Shown here: in pieces, positions 1 through 13,608 of the stretch
How positions within the stretch are numbered: the stretch's first letter is position 1
Layout of the letters: each line of letters begins with the position of its first letter
NCBI RefSeq assembly: GCF_009914755.1
Contig: NC_060942.1
Length of the DNA stretch: 64,000 nt
Source of the DNA: the human T2T-CHM13v2.0 reference genome, Homo sapiens
Strand: one strand, 5' to 3'
Program-made: the position numbers and the translations under genes
The notes under the pieces: generated by a model
What the model was told of the DNA's origin: nothing
Database searches by the model: none
The model's input: the letters and a program-made list of their open reading frames with translations, nothing else

Positions 1-959
1 TATAAACAATGAATCAGTAATTCCTTCAGTTAGAGTACCTAAATAACCAAAGTTAACCTCATTTTGGACCTTGTGTCTAAGTTAAGATTTTTAGCTTTGG
101 GGATTTATATAATTAGAGTCTTGGTGTATAGCCAAGTCTTGAAATATTATTCCTAAATTTCATGAGGTTTTAGTACAAGCAAAAAATAACAGGTACCCTG
201 GCCACAAAGGAAATAGTATCCAATAGAGAAACATGGAGATCTAGGAAACAAAGGAATCATTCATGATGTGAAGTTACACCCAAGGTCTTACATTATCTGA
301 GTTACAGTTTTGAATTTCAGTTAGTCTCTTTCAGGTGTCAAGTATTTGGCTTGTAATTCTAGGATGGTTGTTGATTACAAATTAAGAATTTTCTAGAAAA
401 TTAAAAATAATTTTTTTTTGAAAGAAAGGACCACTAGGAAAGTCATAATTTGAGTGTTTTTTAAAATTCATTTGTTCATGTAGGTACCTGAAAGCACCAT
501 TGACTGTAATTTTCTAAGACCTCATTTGATGAGACTAAAATTGTCCAGAGGTTTTTTTATCATGAGGACTCAGAGCCGCATGGCATATCTAGGAATCAGC
601 AAGATTGAGGACAGTGGTTTCTATTTTGAAATAATCTAAAAATGGCACTAGAATGAGTATGTTCTGACCTAACAATTATAAAAAGGAGAGAAATGAGGAA
701 AAGGGATACTATTTGTAGATTACAACCAGGTATTTATAGAAAATGAGAATTACAATAAACAAATGAAAAACAAAATAGGAATTAGACAGGGGTCTTGACG
801 CAGCTCAGATACTGGTGTAGAAACTGTCCTGTACCTGAGATAATCTGCTTGTTCAAAGGTCTTGGTCAGGGTTTACTTCTGATTGATTACTTCTAGAAAA
901 TATCTGAGCATCATAGTTTGAGGTCTATTAATGGTTTCTTGCATTCTGCATTGCTTTCT

Positions 960-1119
960 CAGGTTGTGAAATCGGAACCTAGCAATTAACCCCCTGGAGT
1001 TTCACAGTTGTATTTGCTGTCAGCAGTACCTAATTAGGTTCTTTTTAACACGGTTTAAGAGCAGTTTTTCTCTGGTGTCTCTTCCAATAGATGAAATCTG
1101 GTTGAAGATCATGATGAGG
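960..1119 (-). pseudogene. Retroviral integrase C-terminal (GPY/F-region) fragment with stops
   Basis: PHHDLQPDFIYWKRHQRKTALKPC*KEPN*VLLTANTTVKLQGVNC*VPISQ resembles the gamma-type pattern LQPGDWVYWK...LEPRWKGPYQVLLTT.TAVKL.G...WIH.SQ. Confidence 0.75.
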
Positions 1120-1242
1120 CTATTTAAAAAGATGTGAGAAATGGCCTTAATATATCAGCGGTGGAGTGGTGGGTCTGAGTGTAGCACATGGGTCATTGCA
1201 ATATTTATCATATCTGCATTATACAGGATAGAGTCTAGTACC

Positions 1243-1776
1243 ACAGACAACATTCTTAAACATGTGAGCCTCCCAGATACCAGTTATAGGAAGATCCTGA
1301 TTTCTGGAACCAGTAATTTTGTTACTTTACACAGCACAAGGTTTGCAGATGTGATTAAGGTAAGAATCATGAAATGGGGAGGCTATCCTGGATTATCCAG
1401 GTTAACTGCACCAAATCACATGAGTTCTTAAAAGTGGAAAACTTTTCTGGACTGTGGTCAGAGGGAGAGATGTCATTATAGAAGAAAAGAACCAGAGAAA
1501 TGACAGCATGAGAAAGACTGGACCAACCTTGGCTGGCTTTGAAGATGGAGAAAGGGGCCATGAGTCAAAGAATATAGGTGGCCTCTAGATTTTAGAAAAG
1601 ATAAATAAATGAATTCTTCCTTACAGTCTCCAGAAAAGAACACAGCTCTGCCAATACCTTGGTTTTAGGCCTGATTAGGGTTCTAACCTACAGGAGGTTA
1701 AGTTAATAAATTTTTATTGATTAAAACCACTGTATCCATGGTAAGTTGTTCCAGCTGCAATAAAAAAACTAATACA
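1243..1776 (+). mobile_element. MaLR LTR, MLT1D/MLT1E-like
   Basis: Diagnostic blocks tttgcagatgtgattaag, atcctggattatcc, ggctttgaagatgga, ggcctctaga; terminal aaactaataca; 5' boundary approximate. Confidence 0.85.
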
Positions 1777-2107
1777 TCAGGTAACTCTGTTGTATGAACC
1801 TAAAAGAATTATAAATTATTTTATAAATAGTTGCTGGCCTTGCCCAACTTTATGGAAATATAAATTTTTACTTTTCTGAAATACAGCATTTTAAGTTGAC
1901 ATTTTATTATGGAAATATTTAATAATGACTCTTAATTTAACTCAGATCTGAGGTTTAAATTCTACAGTTGCCTGAGTACCTGATTCATGAATGGGATGGA
2001 TTTTTGTGGGCAACTGACTTGAGGAAGAGAGAGAATTGAATATAGGAAGGCAACTTGAAAACAAGGAATGGGGGCATTAACTAAAATGTAAGTCTGTTTT
2101 CTGGTGC

Positions 2108-2395
2108 TTAAGTTTGTCAAATTGCTCATTAGCTTTGACCAAACAATCATTTAGAGAAGCGATTTTTGAATCAGAATTTCATTCTGGGTTTTCTGCATAC
2201 CAACTAAAAAATGCTTTCCATTGAGGTTGAGTGATCTTGTTCTCTGTTTGTTTGTTTCTATTATGTCTCTTAAAAGAACATTTTAGAGTCAAATGTGCAC
2301 ACAGGATCCACTGAAGGTCCAAATGATCCTTGGTAAAGTTATGACATTTGGAAAGATAATATAATAGTTAACATTATATTCAGAATACATACAGA
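2108..2395 (-). pseudogene. Degenerate ERV1 gag (matrix region) fragment
   Basis: NFTKDHLDLQW and QWKAFFSWYAE...SKIASLNDCLVKANE motifs, frameshifted and stopped. Confidence 0.65.
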
Positions 2396-3095
2396 GGCAG
2401 TATTTTTTTTTTTTTCCACGAAGGAGGATAATATTTAGCCTTAAAATGCTTATAAGAGCTGGAAATGGCTGGTTGAAGTGATATATGTGCACTTCAGATC
2501 TTGGGCACCCCAATCTGATAGTTTGTTGCCTCCAAATGCAGACCTGACAATCTATGCCACCGGGCAAGCAAATGATCAAAGAAAATACTTTTTATTCATT
2601 AAAGCAAAGATCTCAGGACAAAACAAAAGAGATAGAGGGAGAAAGATTTTAACTGTGACCCACAGCAAAGTTCGTCTGAGGCTGTACCTATATGTTATAT
2701 AAACCCAGTGGTTTGCGAGGCCTCCTTAAACCACAAGCTTACAGTGTCCATGCTTGTGTTCTATCCTGTGGCTCTCTTTCCTATGACAAGCAACACTACC
2801 ACAATTTTAGATAGCATAACACAAAACAGAAGCACAAAAGAGAGCAAAAATGAATGAAAATGAATGTCCTGATCTCACCAAGAATGGCAAACAATGAGGA
2901 ATTATAACAAAACTCAGGTAATATACTTAAGAATAAATAGCAGAGATACGTAAAGGATGGTTGAGTTCTGATGTAATGTTGACTTACCACGTTAGCATGG
3001 ACTCAAGAAGCCCTCAGCAGCAAGGCACAAGGAGCCATTGTGAGTACCTCACTTGGCAGAAGGCTGGGGTCCACAGTGGCAGGCAGTGCAACTGT

Positions 3096-3113
3096 GTCTC
3101 AATGGAGCCTCTA
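3096..3113 (-). promoter_or_regulatory. Degenerate retroviral primer-binding site (tRNA-Thr-like)
   Basis: TAGAGGCTCCATTGAGAC lies 6 nt after the LTR terminal CA; 13/18 match to recalled PBS-Thr TGGAGGCCCCAGCGAGAT. Confidence 0.55.
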
Positions 3114-3119
3114 GAAAAC

Positions 3120-3548
3120 TGTGGAAATAAATGAAGACCACCCAAATAAGAACAAACACTATTTATTCAGAGCTTATGATATCATGGGTACCAGCTACCA
3201 TCACTTGCATTTGGTGGAGACTCACAGTCACGCAAGGGAATGAACAAACTTAAAAGCAAGGGAAGGATTCGGAAATGCTCTAATTGGAGATGATTGATAT
3301 GAGGAAGTTGAAGAGAATCCTATGTGAGTTGTTTGGGAAGTATTTTTGGTTTTCTTTGGCTTATCCTGCATTGAGATCAGAAGTAAACAGGAAAGCTGGA
3401 TATTGTTGACTAAGTTCTCACCATTACGGCCCAGTTGCTACAGAGGTTGTGATTTGGCTTCCTGGCTGGTTGCTTTAGATGTTGCAGATCAGAGTTTTGT
3501 TGTCATCTGTATTTATTATCATCATTTATATATTCATTCAGTCACTCA
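3120..3548 (-). mobile_element. 5' LTR of the ERV1 remnant (MER90-like; subfamily uncertain)
   Basis: TG...CA termini on minus strand, AATAAA, similar to the copy at 9261-9780, followed by a PBS. Confidence 0.75.
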
Positions 3549-3586
3549 GACTTATCAGATAATCCCTTTATTAATGCAGATTTTTT

Positions 3587-3933
3587 TGACAATATTAAAC
3601 TCAATTACCTTTGCATCAACCTAATACTTAAGCTTCTCTTCTTCTCCCAGGCCCCTGAATTTTACCCACATTAATCTTCAGCCAGCATACAGCCGAACAT
3701 AGTCTAACTTCAGGGAATAATCTTTCCTAATTAACTCTGGTTTGGCCCCACTTCTCCGTGCTCAGTTCTTTCTAGACTTGTTCATTTCTCCCTACTAAAG
3801 AAAAGCTCTTTTCTGCCTTACCTTTGAGATGCTTGCAGATCTTATGACCTAAGTAGTCTTCCTGGTGCAATAGTCCCTCTCTCTTTATTGAAAATCTTTT
3901 TTTTTCCTTTTGCAATCATCTTTTCATTTGACA
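3587..3933 (+). mobile_element. Probable ERV LTR (MER31/MER67-like), degenerate
   Basis: Starts tgacaa, ends tttgaca, LTR-like U3/R composition. Confidence 0.4.
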
Positions 3934-5700
3934 ATTTTGCAGTTTAAAAATTCTCAGAATAGCTTAACTCCATCACAGGGAAATCTGCATTGCTTCTTAT
4001 CTTTAGAATAAAACAAAAAGCTTTTGATATGACAACCAGGCAGTCTATCCAGTTTATTATCTGACAGCCAATTCCCATTAGCTCAGGACAGGTGGCACCA
4101 TTGAAATATAAGTATCAATACATTACTTAAATGAAATGCAAGTAGTAATTATCTGTCCCATGAACTATTCTACTGATTTTTCCTGAATGCATGTTCTTAT
4201 TGCTTACTGTATCTTTTGAGTGGGCATGGGGATGCAGTTATTCCCAAAATTTTCATTGGAAAATAACTTCTCAATTTTGCTATATAATCAGATTATTTTA
4301 TCAGTCAGTAGAAGAGGGGGGAAAATGGAAAAGACAAGAAGAGGGATGAGAGAGAAGGAGATTTTTGAGTCACAAATGCACAAATGTGGCTATGCTAGCT
4401 CCCATTTTGAAGTATTACTGAAAATCATTTAGCATGAGTTGTATTTGCCAGAGCCAAAGATCCTTGACAGTAAATCGTAAAGTAGCAAAATAGATAGAAA
4501 GCGATCACAGACTGTGGTGATGAGAAAAGGGCTCAAAGAAATACTGAATGGCAACAACAGAATCAGTTTAAGTGATGGGGCCAAAGGTCCACTCCTTATC
4601 TGGAAAAATCATCAGAAAATCTCTGGCCTATGGGCGAAATCATTGCCTTATCTCTGACTTTTAGTACACTTCTCTATCTCTCATTTCCCATCTTTAAATT
4701 ACTGTAACATATTATCCTTGACATATCACAAAAGTATTAGTGCTCTTCCAAAAGTAAACTCTTTATCAGTCACTTTATAACCTGTGTGTGGGAAACAATC
4801 AAGATAAGGCTATGGGGAGCTACTAATCTGGTGGTTAGAGAATGACACACATACACTGAGTGGACATAATTAAATATTGATTTTTAAATATACTCTGAGA
4901 TTGGTCTATGATATAATTTTTTATTTTTTATTTTTTATTGTTTTTTTTACTGTGGCTTGATTATTGTTGAAGAATATCTTACAAAAGAAGATAGATTTAA
5001 TGAGTCTTTGAAGGATGATACAATGCTCAGAAATAGAGTGGTGGACATTCTGGATAATTCCACGAAGTGTTGCTGGAAAATTGAGAGGAGCCCGTATAAG
5101 AGACTAGAATATGCCACCTGAAGTATGCCTTTTTGGCACAGGAATTATATTGGGGTGATTATTTTTAAGAAACCACAGACATAGGCAAACCTCTGTAAAC
5201 AGATGAAGAGTTACCCTTTTGTAAGACAAATTTACATTATAAAGGGAATGTCCGTTTGTAATGTAAAGGTGTGTCACATTCTCTAAGCTTCGTTAAGTTT
5301 AAGACACTTTTGTAAGGGATGATACCAGCTATTTAGCCTATCCCTAAAAAACTGAGGGTCCTGGAAATGTAACCATTTCAATGTCATCTTTTTATATTAT
5401 TAACTTAAGAAAAATAGGTGCTCTTAAAATATTTTTTTAAGATTTGAAAACAAAAAGAAGTCAGAAGCCTAATCAGGTGAATGGCAAATGCCTAATAGGA
5501 GCTACATTAGGTGTAACGTGAATGCCTACTAATTTCCTATTGAAACTCTTGCAGCATTGCCCTTGTTTAACAAGAGGAATGAGCAAAATCATTGTCACAG
5601 TGGAAAAGGTCTACCTGGCGACACTTTCTTGGGCGTTTTTCTGCTAAAGTGCTTGCTAAGTTTCTGAAACCACACCCATAACCAGATGTTATGGTTCTTT

Positions 5701-6018
<318 letters not shown>

Positions 6019-6277
6019 TGACCCTCCAGAAAGTCAACAAGCAAAATGCCTTGAGCATCCCAAAAAATTGTTACCATGACCTTTGCTCTAAACTGGTTCT
6101 GTTTTGCTTTGACTGGACCACATTTACATCTTAGTAGCCATTGGTTTGATTGTGCTTGTCTTCAGGATTGTACTAGTTAAGCTATGTTACATGCCCTGTT
6201 ACAATTCTAAAAAAAAAGAAAAAAAAAAAAAAACAACAGAAAACCTTCAGCATCCATTGAAAGATCTGCTCTTGATT

Positions 6278-6594
6278 GGCCATTATGGCTCCAGCCTGTA
6301 TTCCCAGCACTTTGGGAGGCCAAAGCAGGCAGATCACTTGAGATCAGGAGTTTGAGACCAGCCTGGCCAACATAGCAAAAGCCTGTATCTACTAAAAATA
6401 CAAAAATCTAGCTGGGCATGGTGGCACATGCCTGTAATCCCATACTCAGGAGGCTGAGGCGTGAGAATCACTGGAACCCGGGAGGTAGAGGCTGCAGTGA
6501 GCCAAGATTGGACAACCACACTCCAGCCTCATTGACTGAGGGACACTCTGTCTCAGAAAAAAAAAAAAAAAAAAAAAAAAAACAGAAAGAAAAA
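6278..6594 (+). mobile_element. AluS (Sx/Sz-like)
   Basis: Full dimer with long A tail; TSD core TCTGCTCTTGA at 6265-6275 and 6601-6611. Confidence 0.95.
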
Positions 6595-7397
6595 GAAACC
6601 TCTGCTCTTGACCTGGGCATAATGGTTTTTACACTCATTCAGTGGAAATTTGCTCAACTTTAATTTGTTAGTCAGAATTGTGTAAGCTGAACCAGTTGAG
6701 ATGGCTATGCTGTTCTCTATTGATTCTGCTATTAATCATTGTTCATCTTCAATTAGGGCACCATAAAATTAATTTTTTCCTTGCACATTGATGTGGATGG
6801 TCTACTGCTGCGAGCTTCATCTTTAATATTGTCTCATCTCTACTTAATAGGAGTTATCCATTTGTAAACTACTGATTTATTTGGGTCATATTCCCTATAA
6901 ACTTTTGTTAAGCATCAATAATAATTTCACCATTCTTCTACTCAAGCTTCAGCATAAGTTTGATGTTTGTTCTTGCTTTAGTTTTAGCAGAATTTATGTT
7001 CTTCTGATAGAGACCCTATTCAAACTAATGTCTTATAATTCTTAATGTTTCAAACTAGATGCTGTTCAGATATGTTATAAAAAGTTAGTATACCTTTATT
7101 TTAGCGTAAAGATTTTGAAATCCATGCATAGCTTTTTTATAACATGCATTTTCCATGAACATTTTGAAGACCTCTCATGCATGTTGATAAACTTCTATTT
7201 GTTTTTTCTTGTCTAATCTGTCTTCTGTTACAGAGTCCCCAGCTACGAACTTAGAAGAGTAGAGGGAAAAGAATATTTTCTTTTTGTGTATCAGCATGTC
7301 TAGAGTAAAACATAAAATAAGAAGTAGAGTTAAAAAAAGGATAGCAGGAGCCCATTTTCAGGAGCCCTTTAACCTTACTTTCCTTTTCATTATTATT

Positions 7398-7526
7398 ATT
7401 TTTTTATAGAGATGGGGTCTTGCTATATGTTGCCCAGGGTGGTCTCAAACTCTTGGCCTCAAATGATCCTTCTGCCTCAGACTCCCTAAGTGCTGAAATT
7501 ACAAGTGTGAGCCCCCATGCCTGGAC
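7398..7526 (-). mobile_element. FLAM / Alu left monomer
   Basis: gagatggggtcttgctat...ggtctcaaactc...gtgtgagcc, single monomer. Confidence 0.85.
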
Positions 7527-7609
7527 TGCTTTCCTTAACTGTGACATAGTGCTCTTCTTCTAATGTATTATGTATGATACTTAAGTCATTTATTTTCATG
7601 CTTAAGACT

Positions 7610-8236
7610 TGTAGGGATGGAAAGGTTTTGATACCTTTTCTCACCCCTCCTGAGGGTCATGGCTAACACTCTTATAGCAAAAGACAGGTTGACACAAAAT
7701 ATACATAATAAATTTATTTAGTTTTATTAAACACGAAAACCTTCAGAAATGAGGCCCAAAGACCCAGAGAAAACTCCATTTTTATGCTTAGGTTTGATGA
7801 AGAATGAATAGCCACATACAAATGTAAATGGGCAAACAGGTATGATCTAAAGATAATAGACTAAGTGGAGAAACCCAGCAAGGTCTATCTACTCATATTT
7901 TTCTTAGACTTCCTATGTAGCATTCCTTCCTTATGGGTATGGGGCTAGACCCCTCTAGAAAGAAGGTCTTCAAGGAAGAAGGAAGAAGGGAGAGAGTGAC
8001 TCTTGTAGGTTTTATGGCTTACTTTGAGGGAGAGGGGTTTTAGTTTCTATTGCCTGTCTTGGGGAAGAGGAATTTTTATTTCTATGACTCACTTCAGGGG
8101 AGAAAGAGGAATAGGAAACAGGAAGATAGGAGAAGGTCAGAAAGAACTTACTTCTGAGATTTTCCAGTCTCTTTTAGTTCAAATACTCAATGTGTCTAAA
8201 CATCACACTTCAGGTATTATTTTCTGGAACCTAACA
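7610..8236 (-). mobile_element. Solo ERV1 LTR, MER39-like
   Basis: TG..CA termini, perfect 4-bp TSD GACT (7606-7609, 8237-8240); minus-strand start tgttaggttccagaaaataatacc. Confidence 0.85.
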
Positions 8237-9224
8237 GACTAAATTTTCTTCCTGGTACCATTTAGAACTTGTCCCATCTTTTATGATACATAATGCCTCA
8301 CTTAATTGCAGTCCTAAATATTTTTTTGATTTAAAACTTATGTCATTATACTCCTAAATGTTTCAGAAATTTTTGTCATTGTTATTATTGTTGTTTCTGT
8401 TTGCTCTTAATTAATATGTCTACACACTGGATCAAGAGATTGAACTTTATGCTACCTCTGATTTTTGGAATTTATTACATTTTTGTGATCAAATTACATG
8501 CTTGTGTCTGTCTTTTAAAGTATGTCACAGTTATTTGATGAGAGTATATTTTTTATTTGCTGATTAAATAAATATGTAATTCTTTATGTTATTTATTTCT
8601 TCTTTGTTCCTACTACTGTTTAAATGCTTGATCTTTTTTGATCAGATGAAAATATGTTTAGCTACTGCTATTAGTATTTTCTGTCATTTTTTCTTTATTT
8701 TCAAGTATTTAGTGCTTTATAGGTTTGATGTAAAAATCTGATGAAAGTTCAAGACATAGTTTTACTATTTTGAATGATATGCTTTATTTTTATATGAATG
8801 ATTAACCTTTTGAGTTAAAATCTACAATTTATTTTCATATGAGGATATGTATATACATTACACAATTCAAATAATTTTAAAAATGTCATTTTAGCAATTA
8901 TTTGAAATAATTTTATGTTTTTTTTCCCCACATAATGTCTTATATATACTAGTAAAATTTCTGGACTCTCTTTTCTGTTTTATTGCTATAATTGGCTATT
9001 CTATAACATTGCCATACTATTTAGATTATTATGACTTTAAAATGCATTTTAATATTTGATAAGGCATGTATCCTTTTAATTATTTTTTCATATTTTTCTG
9101 CTTCTTTTATGTCTATATAAAGGTAAAATTAGAATAATTCTATGAAGTTCCAAATTTAGCCAAATTAATTTTTGCAATAGATTGTAGTAAATTGATCTTT
9201 TCATCAAGGAGAAAGATTTTTCTC

Positions 9225-9955
9225 AGAGTCTGGATTCAGATATTCTGAATTTGAATTCTGTGTGAAAACAAATAAGACCACCCAAATGAGAATAAGCAAT
9301 GGCTATTTATTCAATGCTTGCTACAGCAAGGCAATCAGCTGTCATCACTTGCATTTGACAAAGACTCAAAGGCGAAGAGAAAAGTGTAAAAGCTTCACAA
9401 TGAATTGAAGACTTCATTATGCCCTCATTGTAGGCTGTTGGCATGGGGAAGCTGAAACTAGGCTAACTAGAAGCAGGCTACTTTATGTTATTGGTTAAGG
9501 ATGCCTGTGTAGCGTTCGCAGATTGGCCTTACATTACAGGAGTGAAAATTAGGAAAGCTGTCAGATATTAATCAATTCCTAGTCATTTGGGGCTAATTGT
9601 TATAGGGGTTTAGTTTGACTTCTCAGAATTGTTATTAGAATTAGTAGTCTGGCTTCTGGGAACAATTTACTATAAATAATGAATGGGTTGGCTAGCTGGG
9701 CTGGTTGCTGGAGTTTGAGGGTCAGAGTTCTATTTTTATTTATGGTCTGGTTATTGTCCATTTGTATGTTCAGTCTTCCACTTGGCTCTGCTATTTACTA
9801 CCTGCTTGATTTTAGGTAAATGATTTAAGCCCTTCCTTTCCTAAGTTTTATCCAATGTAAAATAATGTTAATAATAACATCTATTAAAAAGATTTTTGGT
9901 GATGATTAAAGGGTAGAGAACTTAGACCAGTGTCTGGCAAACAGTAAGTGATATT
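9225..9955 (+). mobile_element. MIR split by an LTR
   Basis: ttgaattc | cttggctctgctatttacta...tgtaaaat...agtgtctggcaaacagtaagtg. Confidence 0.65.
9261..9780 (-). mobile_element. Solo LTR, same family as 3120-3548 (MER90-like)
   Basis: Shares aagaccacccaaat, ctatttattca, catcacttgcatttg, tcagagtt blocks with 3120-3548. Confidence 0.75.
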
Positions 9956-10599
9956 TACATGCTTCTTATATATTTTCTATTTCCTTGAATAGAGTTTGAT
10001 AATTTTATAGTTTTATTAATATAATTTCTGTACATTTGTCTTTCCTATTCATACTTTTAACTAAAGATGTTTTAAAATATGTCTTGAAACTTGTATTTTA
10101 ATATATCATAAATCTATTGTACTTTGCATGTTTATTTTATAATTTATCATTTTCCCAAGCTCTCATATTATTTTAATAATTTTTAAATATTGTTTTTCAA
10201 TTTTCTTTTCAGTTTTACACTATATTATTTACAAATCACATTGTGGTTTCCTTTCAAATGTTCATACTTTTTTTTTAATTGTCTAATGGCAGTGGTTAGA
10301 GCATACAATGTTTTTTAGATTTAATAATAATGCTTTTTATATTTTACTCATAAGGATGATGCTGGCCATTTGTTTGTAAAATTTATATTTAAATATATTA
10401 AGAATTATTATTCTATTTATTCTTTGCTAAGGAGTTTTATGAAAAAAGGATACTGAGTTCTATCAAATGCTGTTTCCCACATAAATCAAAGTTAATATTT
10501 TCTTTTAACCTATTAATATGATAGATTATAATTCTCCTAATACTAATACATATTGTTATTCCTGAAATGAATGTCAAAAACTCAGTTATTGGTATTTCT

Positions 10600-10810
10600 G
10601 TCTCATTTCCCACCTACTCTTTCCATGATTCACCTTAATTAATAGTAATTCCATTCTTTCAGTGCTTGGACCAATGTCATCTGGGAAGTCTTGTTGGTTC
10701 TGCCTACAAAACTGAGCACCTTTCATCACTGCCAAGATCACTGTCTTTAAGTCACCATTACCTCTTGATTGGATATTTGCAGTAGGTTCCAAATACCTGC
10801 TTCTGCTTTT
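10600..10810 (+). mobile_element. L2 fragment
   Basis: aagtcttgttggttctgcctacaaaa...catcactgcca...tcaccattacctctt, L2-like. Confidence 0.5.
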
Positions 10811-12751
10811 ATCTACTCTTATTCAGACAAATCTTGGCAGCTATGAGTAGACAGCTTTATCATATTACAAATGCCAAAATCTTTCTCAATGGAGAAATGC
10901 TAGAAAGATGGTCATGAAAGTAAGAAGCAATTCAAGGATACCCAATATTGCATTATGAAACATTTTGTGGAAGGGGTAAAAAATAGATAAGAAAAATGAC
11001 TGAAAATTACAGATATTAGAATAAAGATGTATTACAGACTATGAGTTTGAAAATATAATAGAAAAAATCAAATACTTAATTTACCATGGCAACAAAAAAG
11101 AATAAAATATATAGTTATAAATTTAATGAGAAAGGTGCATGATTTAAATAAAAAGTTTTTAAAATTATATTAAGACACATGAACACATATACAAATAATA
11201 GAACAAGTGAAAAAGTATGCCATCTTCTTGCATAGAAATACTAAACATCACAAAGATGTCATTTTTCTACAACAGAAGAGTAAAAAGAATACTATTTCCC
11301 AAGAAATAAAACCATTATTTTATATATACCTGAGCTATAAGACACAAATAATAATAGAAAATTTTAGAAAAAAAGCAACTTACAGTAAAAGCAAATTGTA
11401 AAACTACAATGTGTAATACAGAACATTACTAGGCTACATTTTGGCATAATGAGGAAGTAAAGAGATTAGAAAGACTAGAAATAGAAGAACATATCTTTTG
11501 AATCTAGAACATGATAATCTATTGGGTGAAATAATTCTTTCAGAAATGATATGGAGGCAATTGGATAGACTTTTGGAAAAAATGTGATTCTATATTTAAT
11601 AGCTACACCAAAGTGAATTACAAATGCGACATATTTAAGTATGAAGAATAAAAGTATAAAAAAATGGACTGGAACAATACATGTCAGAATAGATGTTATC
11701 AAAAAAGCTTGTTAAAGAAAGTCTTCATAAGTATTCCACATAACTAAGAAGCCTTATGGGAAATACTAAACAAATTTGAGTACATGAAAATTTTTTTAAA
11801 TTAAATATAATGAACAAATTTCAAATACAGTATCAAACTGATCATCATAATTCAGAAAATAGAATAATTTATTTCATGTACACAACATTCAGAGATGTAC
11901 ATTGACAACCACCAACAGTCAAAATATGTAAAGAGAGATTTTACAAAAAGGAAAATGCATGTTTTCTTAAGTATTAGTTGTGTTCAATCTTTCACATATG
12001 AGAGATATCCGAATTAAGGGTTTATTGATATACCAATGTTCAAGTATCAAATTAGTAAATAATGAAAAGTTTGATAACACATTATGGTGGAAAATGGTGA
12101 GGAAATACGTACACTTATTTTTGATCTGTTGATGGGAACAATGTCCATGAATAAATTTTGATGGTAAAAACAAAATTTGAATAATGTAGGTTTTATTCCT
12201 GAAATTCTATTTTTAGGAACATATTCTACTAATATATGCAGTTTTGCAAAATAGATATGCTAAAAAGTATTCAACACAGAATTAAATGTACAAAATTGGT
12301 AAATAATATAAATGTCTACTACTAGTAAACCAATTAAATAATATACTATGCATCTTTTATTGGAATAATAACGATATTGTCCAAAACAAACAAAACTTAA
12401 ATATCTCCTAGATATATTTAAGTGAAAAAGAAAGATGTTTCAAGTGTAAAAGTTAGAGTTTTGTGAAAAAATATATACCCGTAAAAAAGAGGAACAAGTC
12501 TTTAGAGATTATTCTTGCAAAAGACTAGCAAAACAACTAAGTTCTACCAAAATTGATAAAATTTTAAAGAGAAGGCACAAACTAACAATATTAGAAATAA
12601 GGAAGGTAAAGGCATAATGTCAAAAAAAGATGCTTTTGAAAAAAATCATAAAAAATATGTACAAATTTATGTCAACATACTTGAATATTGAAATGGCGAA
12701 CTTTTTTGGAAAAATTATAAACTAGCTAAATTTACTAAAAGGATAAAAAAG

Positions 12752-13060
<309 letters not shown>

Positions 13061-13217
13061 TTAAGTGAATTGAATTGTTATTCAAAAATCTATTTACAAT
13101 CTCTAGGCATGTTTTACCCTCCTTGAAGGAACAGGTGCCTATTTCTGTTAAGCTAGAATCATAGTATCTAAACAAAACAATAGCAAAATAAAAAGAAAAA
13201 TATAGATAAATCTCATT

Positions 13218-13608
13218 TGTATTGGCCTGTTTTCTGTTGCTTATAACAGACTATTTGAAGATATCTTAAATTCCTTTTAAAAAGTAATTTATTTCTTACA
13301 GTTATGAAGGCTGAGAAGTCCAAGTTCCAGGGTCCACATTTGTTGAAAACTTTCTTGCTGGTGAAGACTCTTTGCAAAGTTTCTAAGCAACACAGGGTCA
13401 CACATGGCGAGGGGGCCAAGTGTGTTTCTCAGGTCTCTTCCTCTTCTTTATGAAGCAGTTAGTCTCATTTCCATGATAACTGATTAATCAATTCATCTAT
13501 TAATCCATAAATAAATTAATCTATTCATGAGGTCTCTGCCCTCATGACACAATCACCTAAGGCTCTAGCTTTCAATGCTGCCACATTGGGGATTTTCAAA
13601 CCATAACA
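13218..13608 (-). mobile_element. MaLR solo LTR, MSTC/MSTD-like
   Basis: tgtatt...ggctgagaagtccaag...caaaccataaca; 5-bp TSD TCATT/TCACT. Confidence 0.85.

Larger units (their letters stand above)
1..3119 (-). mobile_element. Class I ERV (ERV1) internal region, heavily deleted: leader, gag, integrase C-terminus, env remnants; runs off the left edge
   Basis: Manual minus-strand translation gives gag-like HNFTKDHLDLQW...QWKAFFSWYAE...SKIASL (~2343-2110), integrase-like HDLQPDFIYWKRHQRKTALKP...VLLTANTTVKLQG (~1119-960) and env-like NLADS*ICH (606-580); PBS-like 18-mer next to the LTR. Confidence 0.75.

Noticed and set aside
2707-2733. Imperfect palindrome GTGGTTT..GAGGCCTC..AAACCAC
   Set aside because: Short, inside the ERV leader, compatible with chance or a relic leader hairpin
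4510-4660. C/D-box snoRNA (GTGATGA ... CTGA)
   Set aside because: Box spacing is poor and there is no terminal stem
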